Positions 34,153 through 44,509 are shown, counted from the first letter of the stretch. The stretch: 64,000 nucleotides of DNA from Chloroflexota bacterium (GCA_005889535.1 VBHC01000115.1:1221-65220); one strand, 5' to 3'. Notes: generated by a model not told the origin, from the sequence alone. Numbers and translations are program-made.

Positions 34153-35039
34153 GCGACGACGCGGACTCCGCCGGGCACGATCTCCGCGCGCAGCACGTTG
34201 CCGCGGTAGACGTCTCCGTCCACCTCGTGCCATTGCACGTCGGGCGCCTTGATCTCAACAGACCGCGCCTTCCGCTGCAGCATGCTGCTTCCGTCGGCTC
34301 GCTGGCGGAGAATTCTCCACAGCACGCCGGCCCTCTCGCGCGTCGTGCGCGGCCGGTAGACGCAGACGTCCAGCCAGCCGTCGTCGATCGCGATGTTGGG
34401 ACCAAACCGAAAGGGCGCCGCCCCCAGCATGCCGGCGTTGACCACCAACACGACCACAGCGGTCAGCTGGGTTTCGACGCCATCGGCGCGGATGGTGCAC
34501 TCGAACATCGGGGCGCGCGGCAGCCACCAGGCTCCGGCCAGCAAGTAGGCGGCACGCCCCAGCCAGACTTTGAGCATCCGAGGCGTGTAGCGCATCACGG
34601 TCGCGTCAAAACCGATGCCCGCGGCCAGGGCCGAATAGCCGTCGTTCACCCGCACCAGGTCGACCGGCCGGGTTGAGGGAAAGCGCTCCAATGCCCGTCG
34701 CGTCGCCGTCCGCCACCCAGCCGGCAGCTTGAGCTCCCGGGCCACGATGTTGGCGGTCCCCAGCGGCACGATGCCCATCGGAAGCCCACGTTGATGCGCC
34801 GCGGCCATGACCTCGGCCACGGTGCCATCGCCGCCCGCGGCCAGCACCAGCTGGAAATCCCGTCGGGCCAGGGCGGCGCCAATCGCCTCGACGTTGAGGC
34901 CGGCGGCTGTCTCCAGGACCATGGCCTCCCAACCCAGCTCGCCGGCGAGCTCCAGCAGACGGCGGCCGAAATCGCGACCCGTTCGGGGGAGCGCCGGGTT
35001 GACGACGAAGAGCGCGCGGCGCCGCTCCGCGCCACTCAA
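34149..35039 (-). CDS. Diacylglycerol/lipid kinase family protein (YegS/DagK-like)
   Basis: 296 aa with LFVVNP..., VLAAGGDGTVAEV and MGIVPLGTANIVAREL. Confidence 0.85.
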   Translation of the reverse strand: MSGAERRRALFVVNPALPRTGRDFGRRLLELAGELGWEAMVLETAAGLNVEAIGAALARRDFQLVLAAGGDGTVAEVMAAAHQRGLPMGIVPLGTANIVARELKLPAGWRTATRRALERFPSTRPVDLVRVNDGYSALAAGIGFDATVMRYTPRMLKVWLGRAAYLLAGAWWLPRAPMFECTIRADGVETQLTAVVVLVVNAGMLGAAPFRFGPNIAIDDGWLDVCVYRPRTTRERAGVLWRILRQRADGSSMLQRKARSVEIKAPDVQWHEVDGDVYRGNVLRAEIVPGGVRVVA

Positions 35040-35061
35040 GCCCGCCGCGTGAGCGGGCCCA

Positions 35062-36012
35062 TCAACCGGCGGCTCGGCGTGTCATCCGATCGTGCGCGTC
35101 GTCGATATGCGGATGGCCCTCGGGCTGGACGCAGAACACGTCGCCCGGCCGGCAAACCAGGCTCTCGAACTGGATGGTGGTGTGCTCGATCTCGAACTCG
35201 TGGGCCAGCACTTCCCGAACCTCCGCGAGGATGTCCTGCGCCTGCGCCACCCGCTGGTCATCGATGAGCAGGTGAGCACTCATCGCTCGGCTCTGGGCGC
35301 CCAGGGACCAGATGTGCAGGTCGTGCAGGTCGCGGACTCCCGGAACGCGTTTCACCGCCGTGACCACGGCATCGGTGCGGAGGTCCGACGGTGTCGACTC
35401 GAGCAGGATGTCGATGGCCGCGGCCAGCACCCGCCACGCACTCCAGGCGATCAGGGCCGCAATGCCGAGGCTGAGCCAGGGGTCGATGGCGAGCCAGCCG
35501 GTGAGCGCGATCAGCACCCCGGCCACGATGATGCCCGCCGACGCCCAGGCGTCGCCCCAGATGTGCATCAGCGCGCTTCGCACCGTCAGATCCCGCTCCA
35601 TCGGTTGGAGCGAACGAGCGATCAGCAGCGAGATGCCCAGGCCCAGCACGGCCGCCGCCGCCATCACTCCGCCGCGGACGGCCGACGGATGCTGCAACCG
35701 GTGCACGGCTTCGACAACGATCCCGACCACGATGGCGCCGAGCAGCACCGCGTTGAGCAAAGCCACCAGGATGCCGACGCGCTGATAGCCGAAGCTCCGC
35801 CGCGGGCTCGCCGGCCGCTGCACCTGGCCAAGGGCGAAGGTCGAGAGCGCGAGCACCAGCAGGTCGGTCACCACGTGGCCGGCATCGCTGAGGAGCGCGA
35901 GGCTGTGCGCCCAGAGTCCGCCGACCACCTCGACCACCAGCACGATCGCCGTCAGAATGAACGCCAGCCGCAACCGGGCGGTGGCGTCCACATTCACCCT
36001 GGCGAGCTGCAT
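35062..36012 (-). CDS. Cation diffusion facilitator (CDF) family metal efflux transporter
   Basis: 316 aa with HSLALLSDAGHVVTDL, FGYQRVGILVALLNAVLL, HIWGDAWAS and a C-terminal cytoplasmic domain (VRDLHDLHIWSL). Confidence 0.85.
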   Translation of the reverse strand: MQLARVNVDATARLRLAFILTAIVLVVEVVGGLWAHSLALLSDAGHVVTDLLVLALSTFALGQVQRPASPRRSFGYQRVGILVALLNAVLLGAIVVGIVVEAVHRLQHPSAVRGGVMAAAAVLGLGISLLIARSLQPMERDLTVRSALMHIWGDAWASAGIIVAGVLIALTGWLAIDPWLSLGIAALIAWSAWRVLAAAIDILLESTPSDLRTDAVVTAVKRVPGVRDLHDLHIWSLGAQSRAMSAHLLIDDQRVAQAQDILAEVREVLAHEFEIEHTTIQFESLVCRPGDVFCVQPEGHPHIDDAHDRMTRRAAG

Positions 36013-36061
36013 GGCTCCATCTTATTGCCCATCTCGAATCAACCTGGCGACCTTGCGTTCG

Positions 36062-37510
36062 CTAGGCCAGCGCCGCCGCGATCGGCTGATACAGCTGGCG
36101 GTATCGAAGGTATGGCTCGCGATAGGCTTCCGCATCCCGACCGGGGGTCGCGACCAGCTGCGCTGGGGCTGCCATCGCGGCCACCCGCTGCGCGTCCGGC
36201 CAGGCGCCAAAGCCCACGCCGGCGAGGAGCGCGGCCCCGAGCGCGGACGCGTCGGTCACCGGCGTGGCCAGCAGCGGCCGCTCCAGCACGTCGGCCAGCA
36301 GCTGCCGCCAGCGAGGATCCAGGGATCCACCGCCGGCCAAGCGCAGTTCGTCGCGGCGAACGCCGGCGACGGGTAACGCCTCGAGGCCCTGCCGCACGGC
36401 AAAGGCAACCCCTTCAAGAGCGGCCCGAAGCAGGTGGCCGCGACCGTGGCTCAGGCCCAGCCCGATCCAGGCGCCTTTCGCGGCTGGGTCGAAATGCGGG
36501 GTTCGCTCGCCGGTGAGGTACGGCAGGAAAATCAGCCCCTGCGCCCCGGGCGGGACGGCGAAGGCCTCCGCATACACCTCATCCCAGGAGGCCACCAGCG
36601 TGGTGCGGACCCACTCCAGGGCCAGGCCCGCGTTCTGCATCGCCGCCATCGCGTACCAGCGATCGGGGGCGGCCGCCCGGTAGATATGGGTGCGGGCGGT
36701 CGGATCGACCGCCAGCCGGTCGCGCGGCGCTACCAGCTGCGCTCCCGTGCCGATGGTGAGCTGGATCGGTCCGGGGTCGAGCAGCCCACCCGCGATCGCC
36801 GCCGCGGCGGTGTCGGCGGCGCCCCCGACCACCGGGAGGTTGGGGCGCACTCCAAGGTGGGCGGCGGCCGCGGGAGCGAGCACGCCGCAGATTTCGACCG
36901 ACTCTCGGATGGGGGCCAGGAAGTCGAGGCGGAGATCGAGCTCACTGAGGACGTCCTTCGCCCAATAGTCAGTGGTCATGTCGTAGAGGAGCGTGCCGGA
37001 GGCATCGCTGGGTTCGGTTGCCGCTTCGTGGATGAGGCGCAGTCGGAGCCAGTCTTTGGGCTGCAGCGCCCACTGGGCATGCCGGTAATGCGGCCGCTCG
37101 TGGTCGCGTAACCACAGGAGGGTGGGGCCCGCCATCCCCGTTGCCAGCGGGTTCGCCAGCTTCCGCCGCAGCTCCTCGCTCAGCTCGCGGTACGCCTCGA
37201 GCTGGAGGCGTGTCCGCCCGTCGGGCCAGAGGATCGCCGGGCGCAGCGCGTTGCCGGCATCATCACTGAGGACCACGCCGTGCATCTGTCCGGAAAGGCC
37301 GACGGCCGCGATCGCCGCGGCGTGCTCGCCGGCCGCTTGCCTTACGGCAGGAGCCGCCGCCGTCCACCAGTCCTCGGGCTCGGCCTCCGACCATCCAGGC
37401 TGCGGGGCCGACATCGAATAGGACGCCGAGGCGGTGCCCACGATGGTCCCGTCGACGTCGAGGACGAGCGCCTTTAGCGAACTGGTGCCGAGGTCGATGC
37501 CGAGAAACAT
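36062..37510 (-). CDS. xylB: FGGY-family carbohydrate kinase, xylulokinase-like
   Basis: 482 aa with MFLGIDLGTSSLKALVLD, PGWSEAEPEDWW, GLSGQMHGVVL and GGGSLDPRWRQLLADVL. Confidence 0.75.
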   Translation of the reverse strand: MFLGIDLGTSSLKALVLDVDGTIVGTASASYSMSAPQPGWSEAEPEDWWTAAAPAVRQAAGEHAAAIAAVGLSGQMHGVVLSDDAGNALRPAILWPDGRTRLQLEAYRELSEELRRKLANPLATGMAGPTLLWLRDHERPHYRHAQWALQPKDWLRLRLIHEAATEPSDASGTLLYDMTTDYWAKDVLSELDLRLDFLAPIRESVEICGVLAPAAAAHLGVRPNLPVVGGAADTAAAAIAGGLLDPGPIQLTIGTGAQLVAPRDRLAVDPTARTHIYRAAAPDRWYAMAAMQNAGLALEWVRTTLVASWDEVYAEAFAVPPGAQGLIFLPYLTGERTPHFDPAAKGAWIGLGLSHGRGHLLRAALEGVAFAVRQGLEALPVAGVRRDELRLAGGGSLDPRWRQLLADVLERPLLATPVTDASALGAALLAGVGFGAWPDAQRVAAMAAPAQLVATPGRDAEAYREPYLRYRQLYQPIAAALA

Positions 37511-39078
37511 ATGGCCCCCTCCCAGGCACCGAGGGTAAGACCATCGGCGAGGCGCTCACCAGCGCGCGAGCGCGTGGTCGAGATCAGGATGCGACCGGCA
37601 ACCTCCGGGATACGAAGCCGGCGTCCCGATAGGTTGACCGCAGCCACGGTGGCAGCCCCGCGTTGCCACGCCCAGGCGTTGGGGGGCGATTTCAGCTGAC
37701 GATACTGGCTGGACTGCAGGTCAGGCGATGCCCGCCGCAGCGCGATCAGGTCCCGGACAAAGTTAAGGGTCGAGCCGGGATCGGCTTGCTGGTCCTCGAC
37801 GTTGCGAGCCGTATCGCCGATCGGGAGCCAGGGCTTGAGGCCGGCATTCGTGAACCCGCCGCCGTTCACATTGCGCCACTGCATTGGGGTGCGTTCGGGG
37901 TCACGGCCGCGGGGCGCGGGCCAGTGGCGCTTGCCCAGCGGGTCCTGCAGGTCCTCCTGCCGGACGAGGTTGTCCGGCATTCCGATTTCATCGCCGTAGT
38001 AGAGCACCGGCGTTCCCCTCAGGGCCAGCAGGCTGAGCAGGGCCGTTCGCAGCTTGCGCTCATCGCCCTGACACCAGCGCGACATGACCCGGGAGACGTC
38101 GTGATTCGAGACCGTCCAGACGGGCCAGCCGACGTCGGGGATGACGAGCTCGCTCTCGGCCACCACCTCGGCGAGCACCGAGGCCTTGAACGGCGCGTGC
38201 ACGTAGGTGAAGTTGAAGGCCAGGTGGAGCTCGTCGCCGGCGCCGTAGAAGCGGCCCATCGTACGCACATCGAGCACGTAGGTCTCGCCGAGCAGGATCC
38301 GTCGCGGGTCGTAGCCATCGGCCAGCGTGCGCCAATGGCGGAGCACGTCGTGGACCTCCGGTCGTTCCATGTTGTAGATGTTCCGCTGGCCGTGCGCCCG
38401 CACATGCGGGGGATCCTCATCGGTCGCGACCGGGTTGTCCCGTAGATGCAGATCCTTGACGATGCCGTGGGCGACGTCGATTCGAAACCCGGCGATGCCG
38501 CGGTCGAACCAGAACCGATAGATCGCATCGAAGGCATCTTTGACTTCGGGATTCCACCAGTTGAGGTCCGGCTGCTGGGGCAAGAAATTGTGGAGATAGT
38601 ACTGGCCGCTCCGTTCGTCGAGCGTCCAGGTCGGCCCACCAAAGGGGCTGAGCCAGTTGTTCGGATATCCTCCGTCGGCCTTTGGGTCGGCCCAGACATA
38701 CCAATCCCGATGCCGGGCGGCGCGTCCAGAGCGGGCCTCGATAAACCAGGGATGGCGATCGCTGGTGTGGTTGGGAACGATGTCGAGCACGACTTTGATA
38801 CCGCGCTGGTCCGCCTCGCGAACCAGGCGGTCGATGTCGGCGAGCGTGCCGAACGCCGGTTGGACATTGCAGTAGTCGGCAACGTCGTAGCCGAAGTCGG
38901 CGTCCGGCGAGACCGTGATCGGGCTCAGCCAGACGGCATCGACGCCAAGCCATTGGAAATAATCGAGCCGGCGGATGACACCCGGGAGGTCGCCGATGCC
39001 ATCGCCGTTCGAGTCCTGGAACGAACGCGGATAGACCTGGTAGATGACGCCGTCGCGCCACCACGCTGCAGCTGACAC
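37474..39078 (-). CDS. GH13 alpha-glucosidase / oligo-1,6-glucosidase family
   Basis: 534 aa with VIYQVYPRSFQDSNGDGIGDL, GVDAVWLSP, DIVPNHTS, GFRIDVAH and YYGDEIGM. It overlaps the xylB start by 37 nt. Confidence 0.9.
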   Translation of the reverse strand: MSAAAWWRDGVIYQVYPRSFQDSNGDGIGDLPGVIRRLDYFQWLGVDAVWLSPITVSPDADFGYDVADYCNVQPAFGTLADIDRLVREADQRGIKVVLDIVPNHTSDRHPWFIEARSGRAARHRDWYVWADPKADGGYPNNWLSPFGGPTWTLDERSGQYYLHNFLPQQPDLNWWNPEVKDAFDAIYRFWFDRGIAGFRIDVAHGIVKDLHLRDNPVATDEDPPHVRAHGQRNIYNMERPEVHDVLRHWRTLADGYDPRRILLGETYVLDVRTMGRFYGAGDELHLAFNFTYVHAPFKASVLAEVVAESELVIPDVGWPVWTVSNHDVSRVMSRWCQGDERKLRTALLSLLALRGTPVLYYGDEIGMPDNLVRQEDLQDPLGKRHWPAPRGRDPERTPMQWRNVNGGGFTNAGLKPWLPIGDTARNVEDQQADPGSTLNFVRDLIALRRASPDLQSSQYRQLKSPPNAWAWQRGAATVAAVNLSGRRLRIPEVAGRILISTTRSRAGERLADGLTLGAWEGAICFSASTSAPVR

Positions 39079-39195
39079 TGGGCGCCATCGTAGCTGACGT
39101 CTTTCGAACGCCGCCCCGTTCCAGGCCGGGCCGGCTTGACCGATGATTTCCGATGGAGCGGCGGGTCTACGCTATCGTCAAGCAAAGGAGGGACC

Positions 39196-40332
39196 ATGAG
39201 CGAAGTCCAGCGACGCATTCAGGAAGCGATCGACGAGTTGGTGGATTCCGGGGCCGAACGCGGAATTCAGGTCGCCGTGTACCACCGGGGCGAGCAGGTG
39301 GTGGACGCTGTCGCGGGCGTCGCCGACCCCGCCACGGGCCGCCGGGTTGTGCCCGAGACGCCCTTTTACAACTACTCCATCGTCAAAGGCGCGGCCGCGA
39401 CCATTGCCCACATCCTCGCTGAGCGCGGGCTCTTCGAATATGACACGCCGGTCGCCAAGCTCTGGCCCGAGTTCGGCGCTCGCGGGAAAGCGGGGGTAAC
39501 TATCCGCCAGGTCCTCAACCATTCGGCCGGCGTGCCGCAGATTCCGCTGACGACCACGCTGGAGGATCTCTGCGACTGGGACAAGATGTGCGCCGCGATC
39601 GCCGCGGAGGAACTGTGGTGGGCACCAGGCACGAAGATCGGTTATCACGCCTATACCTTCGGTTACATCGTGGGCGAGGTCGTCCGGCGCGCAACCGGCA
39701 AACGGATCTCGGACGTCCTGCGTGAGGAGCTGGCCGGTCCTCTGGGGATTGCCGATGAGCTCTACTTCGGCATGCCACTATCCGAGCAACCCCGGCTCGC
39801 TCGCCTGGAAGACGCGCCCCCGGATCCGCAGATGGCCGCGGCGATGGCGTCCATGCCGCCCGACTCGCCGATGTTCAAAGCCGCGCCGATGACCTTGATG
39901 CCGACGGCCACGCTCGGGAATCGATCCGACATCCTCGCCGCCGACATCCCAGCCGGCGGCAAGACGTCCGCGCGGGCGATTGCTCGGATGTATGCCGCGT
40001 TGCTCGGTCAGCTCGACGGCGTGCGCCTCATCTCACCGGCACGGCTGCGCGAAGCCACATCGGTGTCCATGAGCGGCGTGGACCAGGTCTTCGGCATGCC
40101 GACGACATGGGGGCTCGGCTACTCCATCGGCCTTTTGGGATCCACTCCCCAGGAGACGCCAGCGGCCTTCGGCGTTGGCGGCGCTGGAGGAAGCTTTGCC
40201 TGCGGCGACACGTCGACCGGGATCGCCTTTGGCCTGACCAAGAACCGGCTCAGCAACGATTTCAACACGGCAACCCGGATCAGCCGGCTCGTCACCGAAC
40301 TACTTGGTGTTGGAAGCGTGTCCGTTCGGTGA
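39196..40332 (+). CDS. Serine hydrolase, beta-lactamase/esterase (class C-like) family
   Basis: ATG at 39196 follows AAAGGAGGGACC. The S-x-x-K motif is YSIVKG. The protein is 378 aa. Confidence 0.8.
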   Translation: MSEVQRRIQEAIDELVDSGAERGIQVAVYHRGEQVVDAVAGVADPATGRRVVPETPFYNYSIVKGAAATIAHILAERGLFEYDTPVAKLWPEFGARGKAGVTIRQVLNHSAGVPQIPLTTTLEDLCDWDKMCAAIAAEELWWAPGTKIGYHAYTFGYIVGEVVRRATGKRISDVLREELAGPLGIADELYFGMPLSEQPRLARLEDAPPDPQMAAAMASMPPDSPMFKAAPMTLMPTATLGNRSDILAADIPAGGKTSARAIARMYAALLGQLDGVRLISPARLREATSVSMSGVDQVFGMPTTWGLGYSIGLLGSTPQETPAAFGVGGAGGSFACGDTSTGIAFGLTKNRLSNDFNTATRISRLVTELLGVGSVSVR

Positions 40333-40938
40333 GGAGGCGGCCGACAGCGCCTTGACCGATGGCTCGATGATGGCGTCGACCAGCCCATACTCTTTGGCCT
40401 GCTGCGGCGTCATGAAGAAGTCGCGTTCGATGTCGCGCTCGATCTGCTCCTTGGGCCGGCCGGTGTGCTGGGCGTAGATGCCGATTACGATCTCTCGCAG
40501 GCGCAGGATCTCCCGGGCGTGGATTTCGATGTCGGTCGCTTGCGCCCCCTGGATGCCACCGCTTGGCTGATGCAAGACTATTTGGCAATGGGGCAGCGAG
40601 AAGCGCTTGCCGGTCGTGCCGCCCGCCAGGATCAGCGAGGCGGCGCTGGCGGCCATCCCGGTGCACAACGTGCTCACCGGCGGATGGACATAGCGCATCG
40701 TGTCGTAGATCGCCAGCCCGGCCGAGAGCGAGCCGCCAGGGCTGTTGATGTAGATGCTGATCTCCTTGTCCGGGTCCTCGCTGTCGAGGAAGAGCAGCTG
40801 GGCGATGACGAGATTCGCGATATCGTCATCGATCTGGCTGCCGACGAAGATGATTCGGTCGCGCAGCAGCCTCGAGTAGATATCGTAGGCCCGCTCGCCG
40901 CGGGCCGTGGTCTCGATGACGCTGGGGATGAGTGCCAT
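40300..40938 (-). CDS. clpP: ATP-dependent Clp protease proteolytic subunit
   Basis: ATG at 40938 follows TAAGGAGGA. The sequence reads [19 protein letters not shown]...[18 protein letters not shown]...[11 protein letters not shown]...HQPSGG. It has a ~20 aa C-terminal extension and overlaps the convergent hydrolase gene by 33 nt. Confidence 0.9.
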   Translation of the reverse strand: MALIPSVIETTARGERAYDIYSRLLRDRIIFVGSQIDDDIANLVIAQLLFLDSEDPDKEISIYINSPGGSLSAGLAIYDTMRYVHPPVSTLCTGMAASAASLILAGGTTGKRFSLPHCQIVLHQPSGGIQGAQATDIEIHAREILRLREIVIGIYAQHTGRPKEQIERDIERDFFMTPQQAKEYGLVDAIIEPSVKALSAASSPNGHASNTK

Positions 40939-40951
40939 TGAATTGTCCTCC

Positions 40952-41380
40952 TTAGCGGTCGACCATGAATCCGATGCGCCGCCGCGGCGGTGTCGCCTGG
41001 GTTGCGGCGAGATACACGCTGAAGTCGGCGACACTCCGGAGCGCGTGCGGACGCAGGTTAGCAGTGGCGATGCGCAACTGCATGCGCGGGTCGTCCGGCC
41101 AGCTGCGTTGCTGCTGCATCGCCTCGCGACTGCCCAATTGCCGAGCCAGGTTGAGATACAGGTCGGCGACCGAGAGCTCCAGGGCGGTTGAAAGCGCGAT
41201 CAGCTTCTCGGTCGAGATGTCCTTGAGGCCCCGCTCGACTTCCGAGAGGTAGGCCGCCGACAGCCCCGCCGACACGGCGACCTCGACCAGGGATCGCTCG
41301 GCCTCGTCGCGCCGCTGCCGGAGAAGGGCGCCAAGGGCGGCCCGAACCGATTTCGCGATTCCGCTCTGAGCGTACGTCAT
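40952..41380 (-). CDS. XRE-family helix-turn-helix regulator (ClgR-like position upstream of clpP)
   Basis: ATG at 41380. The HTH reads [49 protein letters not shown]. Its stop lies 13 nt upstream of the clpP ATG. Confidence 0.7.
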   Translation of the reverse strand: MTYAQSGIAKSVRAALGALLRQRRDEAERSLVEVAVSAGLSAAYLSEVERGLKDISTEKLIALSTALELSVADLYLNLARQLGSREAMQQQRSWPDDPRMQLRIATANLRPHALRSVADFSVYLAATQATPPRRRIGFMVDR

Positions 41381-41447
41381 ATGCCTTGAGCGCATCATAG
41401 CACGCCCGCGGACCGCACGAGAATTGCGGCTTCCGCGTTGCAGGACT

Positions 41448-42665
41448 ATGCCCCGCCGGTTAGCCCTTCTGTGGGCGGCCACCCTGACCGTCCTGCTGGC
41501 AGGCTGCGGCTCGACGGGGGCCATCTCGCCGGCGTCCAGCCCGAACCCCTCAACGTCGCCGGGGGCCGGCGATCCGCCGGCAGCCACAGCCTCTCCGTCC
41601 GCGGCGGCAAGCCCGACGCCCACGCCGTCGAGCCTGGATCCCGTCTTTACGCCCGCCCTCGCCGCGATCCAGATGGTCGGTCCGCGCGTCGGCTGGGCAG
41701 TCGGATCCCACGCCATCTTTGCCACCACCGATGGGGCGCACTGGACGAAGCAGTTTGCCTCAACTGAGGAATTCGTCGGCGTCGACTTCATCAGCGTCAC
41801 GACGGGCTGGGCGGTGGCTACCCGAAGCTTGCTCGGAACCAGCGACGGCGGGCGGTCCTGGCACCAGCTTGGCGAGCCTGACAAGCCGATCCGCTCGGTT
41901 CATTTCGTGAGCCCCACCCAGGGATGGGGAATCGCTGGAGGCACCGACCCCCAGTCGGTCCATGGATGGCTGGTGCCCAAGGAGGGCGCGACGCTGGTGA
42001 CGACGCGGGATGGCGGTGTCACGTGGAGCCCGCTCGACGGGCCGTCCAACCCTCAAACCGTATGCTTCAGCGATTCGGTGCAGGGCTGGGTTGGCACGCA
42101 GCGCGACGGGGTTTATCGCTATCAGAACATCGCCCAGGGGCAGAGCTGGAGTTTGGCCCTGCAACGGCCCGACCAGCCGGCAGCCGACCTCGGCGCAACC
42201 ACCCTGATCCAATGCGCTGGGTCACAGGCCCTCTGGGTACTCTTTCTGGGAGGCGGCGCCGCCATGAGCCACAGTCCCTACATCGCCTATGCGACAGCGA
42301 ACGGCTCGAGCTGGCGTGCCGTCCTGAATGAACCGATGACCATGCATCAAGCCGGCGTCCCGCCAGGCCCGGACAGCTATCCCCCGAGCTTCAGCGCGGT
42401 CGATCCAGGCGACGCCGTCTTCGTCGGGGACGGCCCGGCCACCAACGTCGCGCAATGCGTCATTGCCAGCGCTGGCGGGGCCTCACTCCGGCGGACAGGC
42501 GCGATCCAGAACGCCTCTGAGACCTTCGCGGCAGCCTTTACCAGCGTGACGACGGGCTGGGTCCTGACGCGAAATGGGGGCGGCGACTACGTGATCGACG
42601 CCACCACCGATGGCGGTTATCACTGGTCGGAACAGCTGGCGGTCCCTCCAACCTCCGCGGGATAG
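41448..42665 (+). CDS. Lipoprotein with Ycf48/BNR-like beta-propeller repeats
   Basis: MPRRLALLWAATLTVLLAGCGS carries a lipobox. A Pro/Ser/Thr-rich linker follows. Repeats include TTDGAHWT, TSDGGRSW, TRDGGVTW and TTDGGYHW. The alternative start at 41424 adds 8 aa. Confidence 0.75.
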   Translation: MPRRLALLWAATLTVLLAGCGSTGAISPASSPNPSTSPGAGDPPAATASPSAAASPTPTPSSLDPVFTPALAAIQMVGPRVGWAVGSHAIFATTDGAHWTKQFASTEEFVGVDFISVTTGWAVATRSLLGTSDGGRSWHQLGEPDKPIRSVHFVSPTQGWGIAGGTDPQSVHGWLVPKEGATLVTTRDGGVTWSPLDGPSNPQTVCFSDSVQGWVGTQRDGVYRYQNIAQGQSWSLALQRPDQPAADLGATTLIQCAGSQALWVLFLGGGAAMSHSPYIAYATANGSSWRAVLNEPMTMHQAGVPPGPDSYPPSFSAVDPGDAVFVGDGPATNVAQCVIASAGGASLRRTGAIQNASETFAAAFTSVTTGWVLTRNGGGDYVIDATTDGGYHWSEQLAVPPTSAG

Positions 42666-44161
42666 TGCTGGTCGGGCTCGACGTCGGGACGACGAGGGCG
42701 GCCGCGGTCGCCATCGATGAGACGGGCGCCGTCCGCGCGTCGGCCTCTGCCGCATACCCCGGGGACGGCACGCGTTCCGGCCGGTTCGAGCGGGACCCTG
42801 CCGACTGGTGGCGCGCGGCGCAACGAGTGCTTGTCGAGGTGGGCAGCACCGCCGGCGGCGGCCAGGTTGTCGGGATTGGCTTGACCGGCCAGACGGCTGG
42901 CTGCGTTTTTATGGACGCCGGGGGGATGGTTGTGCGGCCCGCCATCGTGGGCGGCGACCAGCGCGCCCTACCGCAGACGGACAAGGTCGCGCAACGCATC
43001 GGTCGCGACCGCCTCCTCGAGATCACCGGGAATCCCGTGGCGTCCGGCTGCCTGGCGGCGCAGCTGCTCTGGCTGCGCGATGTGGAACCTGTGCAGTTCC
43101 ACCACACCCGCCGCGTGCTGGCGCCGAAGGATTACGTCAGGCTGATGCTGACCGGCGAGGCGGTGACCGATGTCACCGAGGCCTCCAGTACGATGCTGCT
43201 CGACCTCCGGCGGCGAACCTGGGCGGGCGAAATCCTCGATGCGCTCGAGATTCCGCGCGCCTGGCTGCCGGATATCCAGGAGAGCCCGGCGATTTCGGGT
43301 GGCCTGCGCCCCGCCGTTGCCGGTGAACTCGGGCTGCCGGCGCGCCTTCCCATCGCCGCCGGCGCCAGTGACGAGGCCGCGGCCGCCGTTGGCTGCGGCA
43401 TCGTCGAGAGCGGGCTCATCGGCTCGTCGATCCGGCGGGACACCGTGCTCTTCGCGCCAGCCGACAACGTCATCATCGATCCGACCGGCCGGCTCGGCGC
43501 CGGGTGTCATGCCCTGCCGCAGCGCTATCGGCTGCGAGCCCGCACGCCAGCCGCCGGGGCGGCAATGCACTGGTGGGGTGGCGTCCTGGGCGGGCACCTG
43601 ACCCATCGGGATCTCTACAAGCTGGCGGCATCCGCGCCCGTGGGATCGCATGGGTTGTTCTTCCTTCCGCATTTCGATACCCGTTCCATCACGTCCGACA
43701 GCGCCGGCGGGCGCGGCGCGTTCGTCGGCTTACGCGCCCATCACACCCGGGCCGACCTCACCCGCGCCGTGATGGAAGGCGTCATCTTCAGACTCCGGGA
43801 CGGCCTCGATCGCCTGCGCGAGCTTGGCATCGGGGTCCGCGAGGTTCGAGCTCATGGTGGCCGTGGGGTCGCCCGTTTGTGGCGCGAGTTGCAGGGCGAC
43901 ATCCTCGGCGTGCCGGTGGTTTCCATGGCCGCGACGGCCAGCCCGGCCATGGGAGCGGCGCTGCTCGCCGGGGTGGCGTGCGGCTGGTGGGTCAGTGTCG
44001 CCGACGCGGCCCGGCACACCGTCCACCCGGGTGAGATGATCGAACCTGATCCCGGACGGTCCGCGCAGTATGAGCGGCTCTTTCGCATCTTCATGACGCT
44101 CGCTCCGGCGATCGCCGGCAACGTACAATCCAGCACGCGGGGCGTAGCGCAGCCCGGTTAG
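42665..44161 (+). CDS. FGGY-family carbohydrate kinase (second copy, substrate unknown)
   Basis: 498 aa. The GTG start shares one nt with the upstream TAG. Motifs include LVGLDVGTTRAAAVAIDE, DPADWW, GLTGQTAG and HGGRGVARLWRELQGDILG. The last 24 nt overlap tRNA-Pro. Confidence 0.8.
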   Translation: MLVGLDVGTTRAAAVAIDETGAVRASASAAYPGDGTRSGRFERDPADWWRAAQRVLVEVGSTAGGGQVVGIGLTGQTAGCVFMDAGGMVVRPAIVGGDQRALPQTDKVAQRIGRDRLLEITGNPVASGCLAAQLLWLRDVEPVQFHHTRRVLAPKDYVRLMLTGEAVTDVTEASSTMLLDLRRRTWAGEILDALEIPRAWLPDIQESPAISGGLRPAVAGELGLPARLPIAAGASDEAAAAVGCGIVESGLIGSSIRRDTVLFAPADNVIIDPTGRLGAGCHALPQRYRLRARTPAAGAAMHWWGGVLGGHLTHRDLYKLAASAPVGSHGLFFLPHFDTRSITSDSAGGRGAFVGLRAHHTRADLTRAVMEGVIFRLRDGLDRLRELGIGVREVRAHGGRGVARLWRELQGDILGVPVVSMAATASPAMGAALLAGVACGWWVSVADAARHTVHPGEMIEPDPGRSAQYERLFRIFMTLAPAIAGNVQSSTRGVAQPG

Positions 44162-44212
44162 CGCGCCTGCTTTGGGAGCAGGAGGCCGCGGGTTCGAATC
44201 CCGCCGCCCCGA
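44138..44212 (+). tRNA. tRNA-Pro (anticodon UGG)
   Basis: Manual cloverleaf: CGGGGCG-TA-GCGC-AGCCCGGTTA-GCGC-G-CCTGC-TTTGGGA-GCAGG-AGGCC-GCGGG-TTCGAAT-CCCGC-CGCCCCG-A. CCA is not encoded. Confidence 0.85.
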
Positions 44213-44233
44213 CATCACCATTGAGGTTGCGTC

Positions 44234-44509
44234 ATGCTCCCGGTCCTCATCATCATCGTCGCCATCAGCGTGGCAGCGCTGCTCGGCTTCCGCTGGTTCG
44301 AGCGCTATCGATATACCGACGGCTGGCGCAAGAGCGAATTTCGCGGGCTCGCGTTTGGTTTCCTGATGTGGTTCGGCGGCATCTTCGGTCACCGGGTCCC
44401 GCCGCCGCCCCAGGCAAAGGTCGAGTTCACCGCACGCTCGGGGGAGCCCGAGGGGCCAGGGTCAGGCGGCCCGCCGCTCCCGGATCAGGCTGCGCACGAT
44501 AAAGAGTAG
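44234..44509 (+). CDS. Small hypothetical membrane protein
   Basis: 91 aa with an N-terminal TM helix (MLPVLIIIVAISVAALLGF), a second hydrophobic segment and a Pro/Gly-rich tail. It overlaps the convergent proline dehydrogenase gene by 48 nt. Confidence 0.45.
   Translation: MLPVLIIIVAISVAALLGFRWFERYRYTDGWRKSEFRGLAFGFLMWFGGIFGHRVPPPPQAKVEFTARSGEPEGPGSGGPPLPDQAAHDKE

Noticed and set aside
35092-36516. 474-aa plus-strand ORF across the CDF transporter and xylB
   Set aside because: Antisense shadow ORF. The product is extremely Arg/Pro/Ala-rich and spans two well-supported minus-strand genes plus their intergenic gap.
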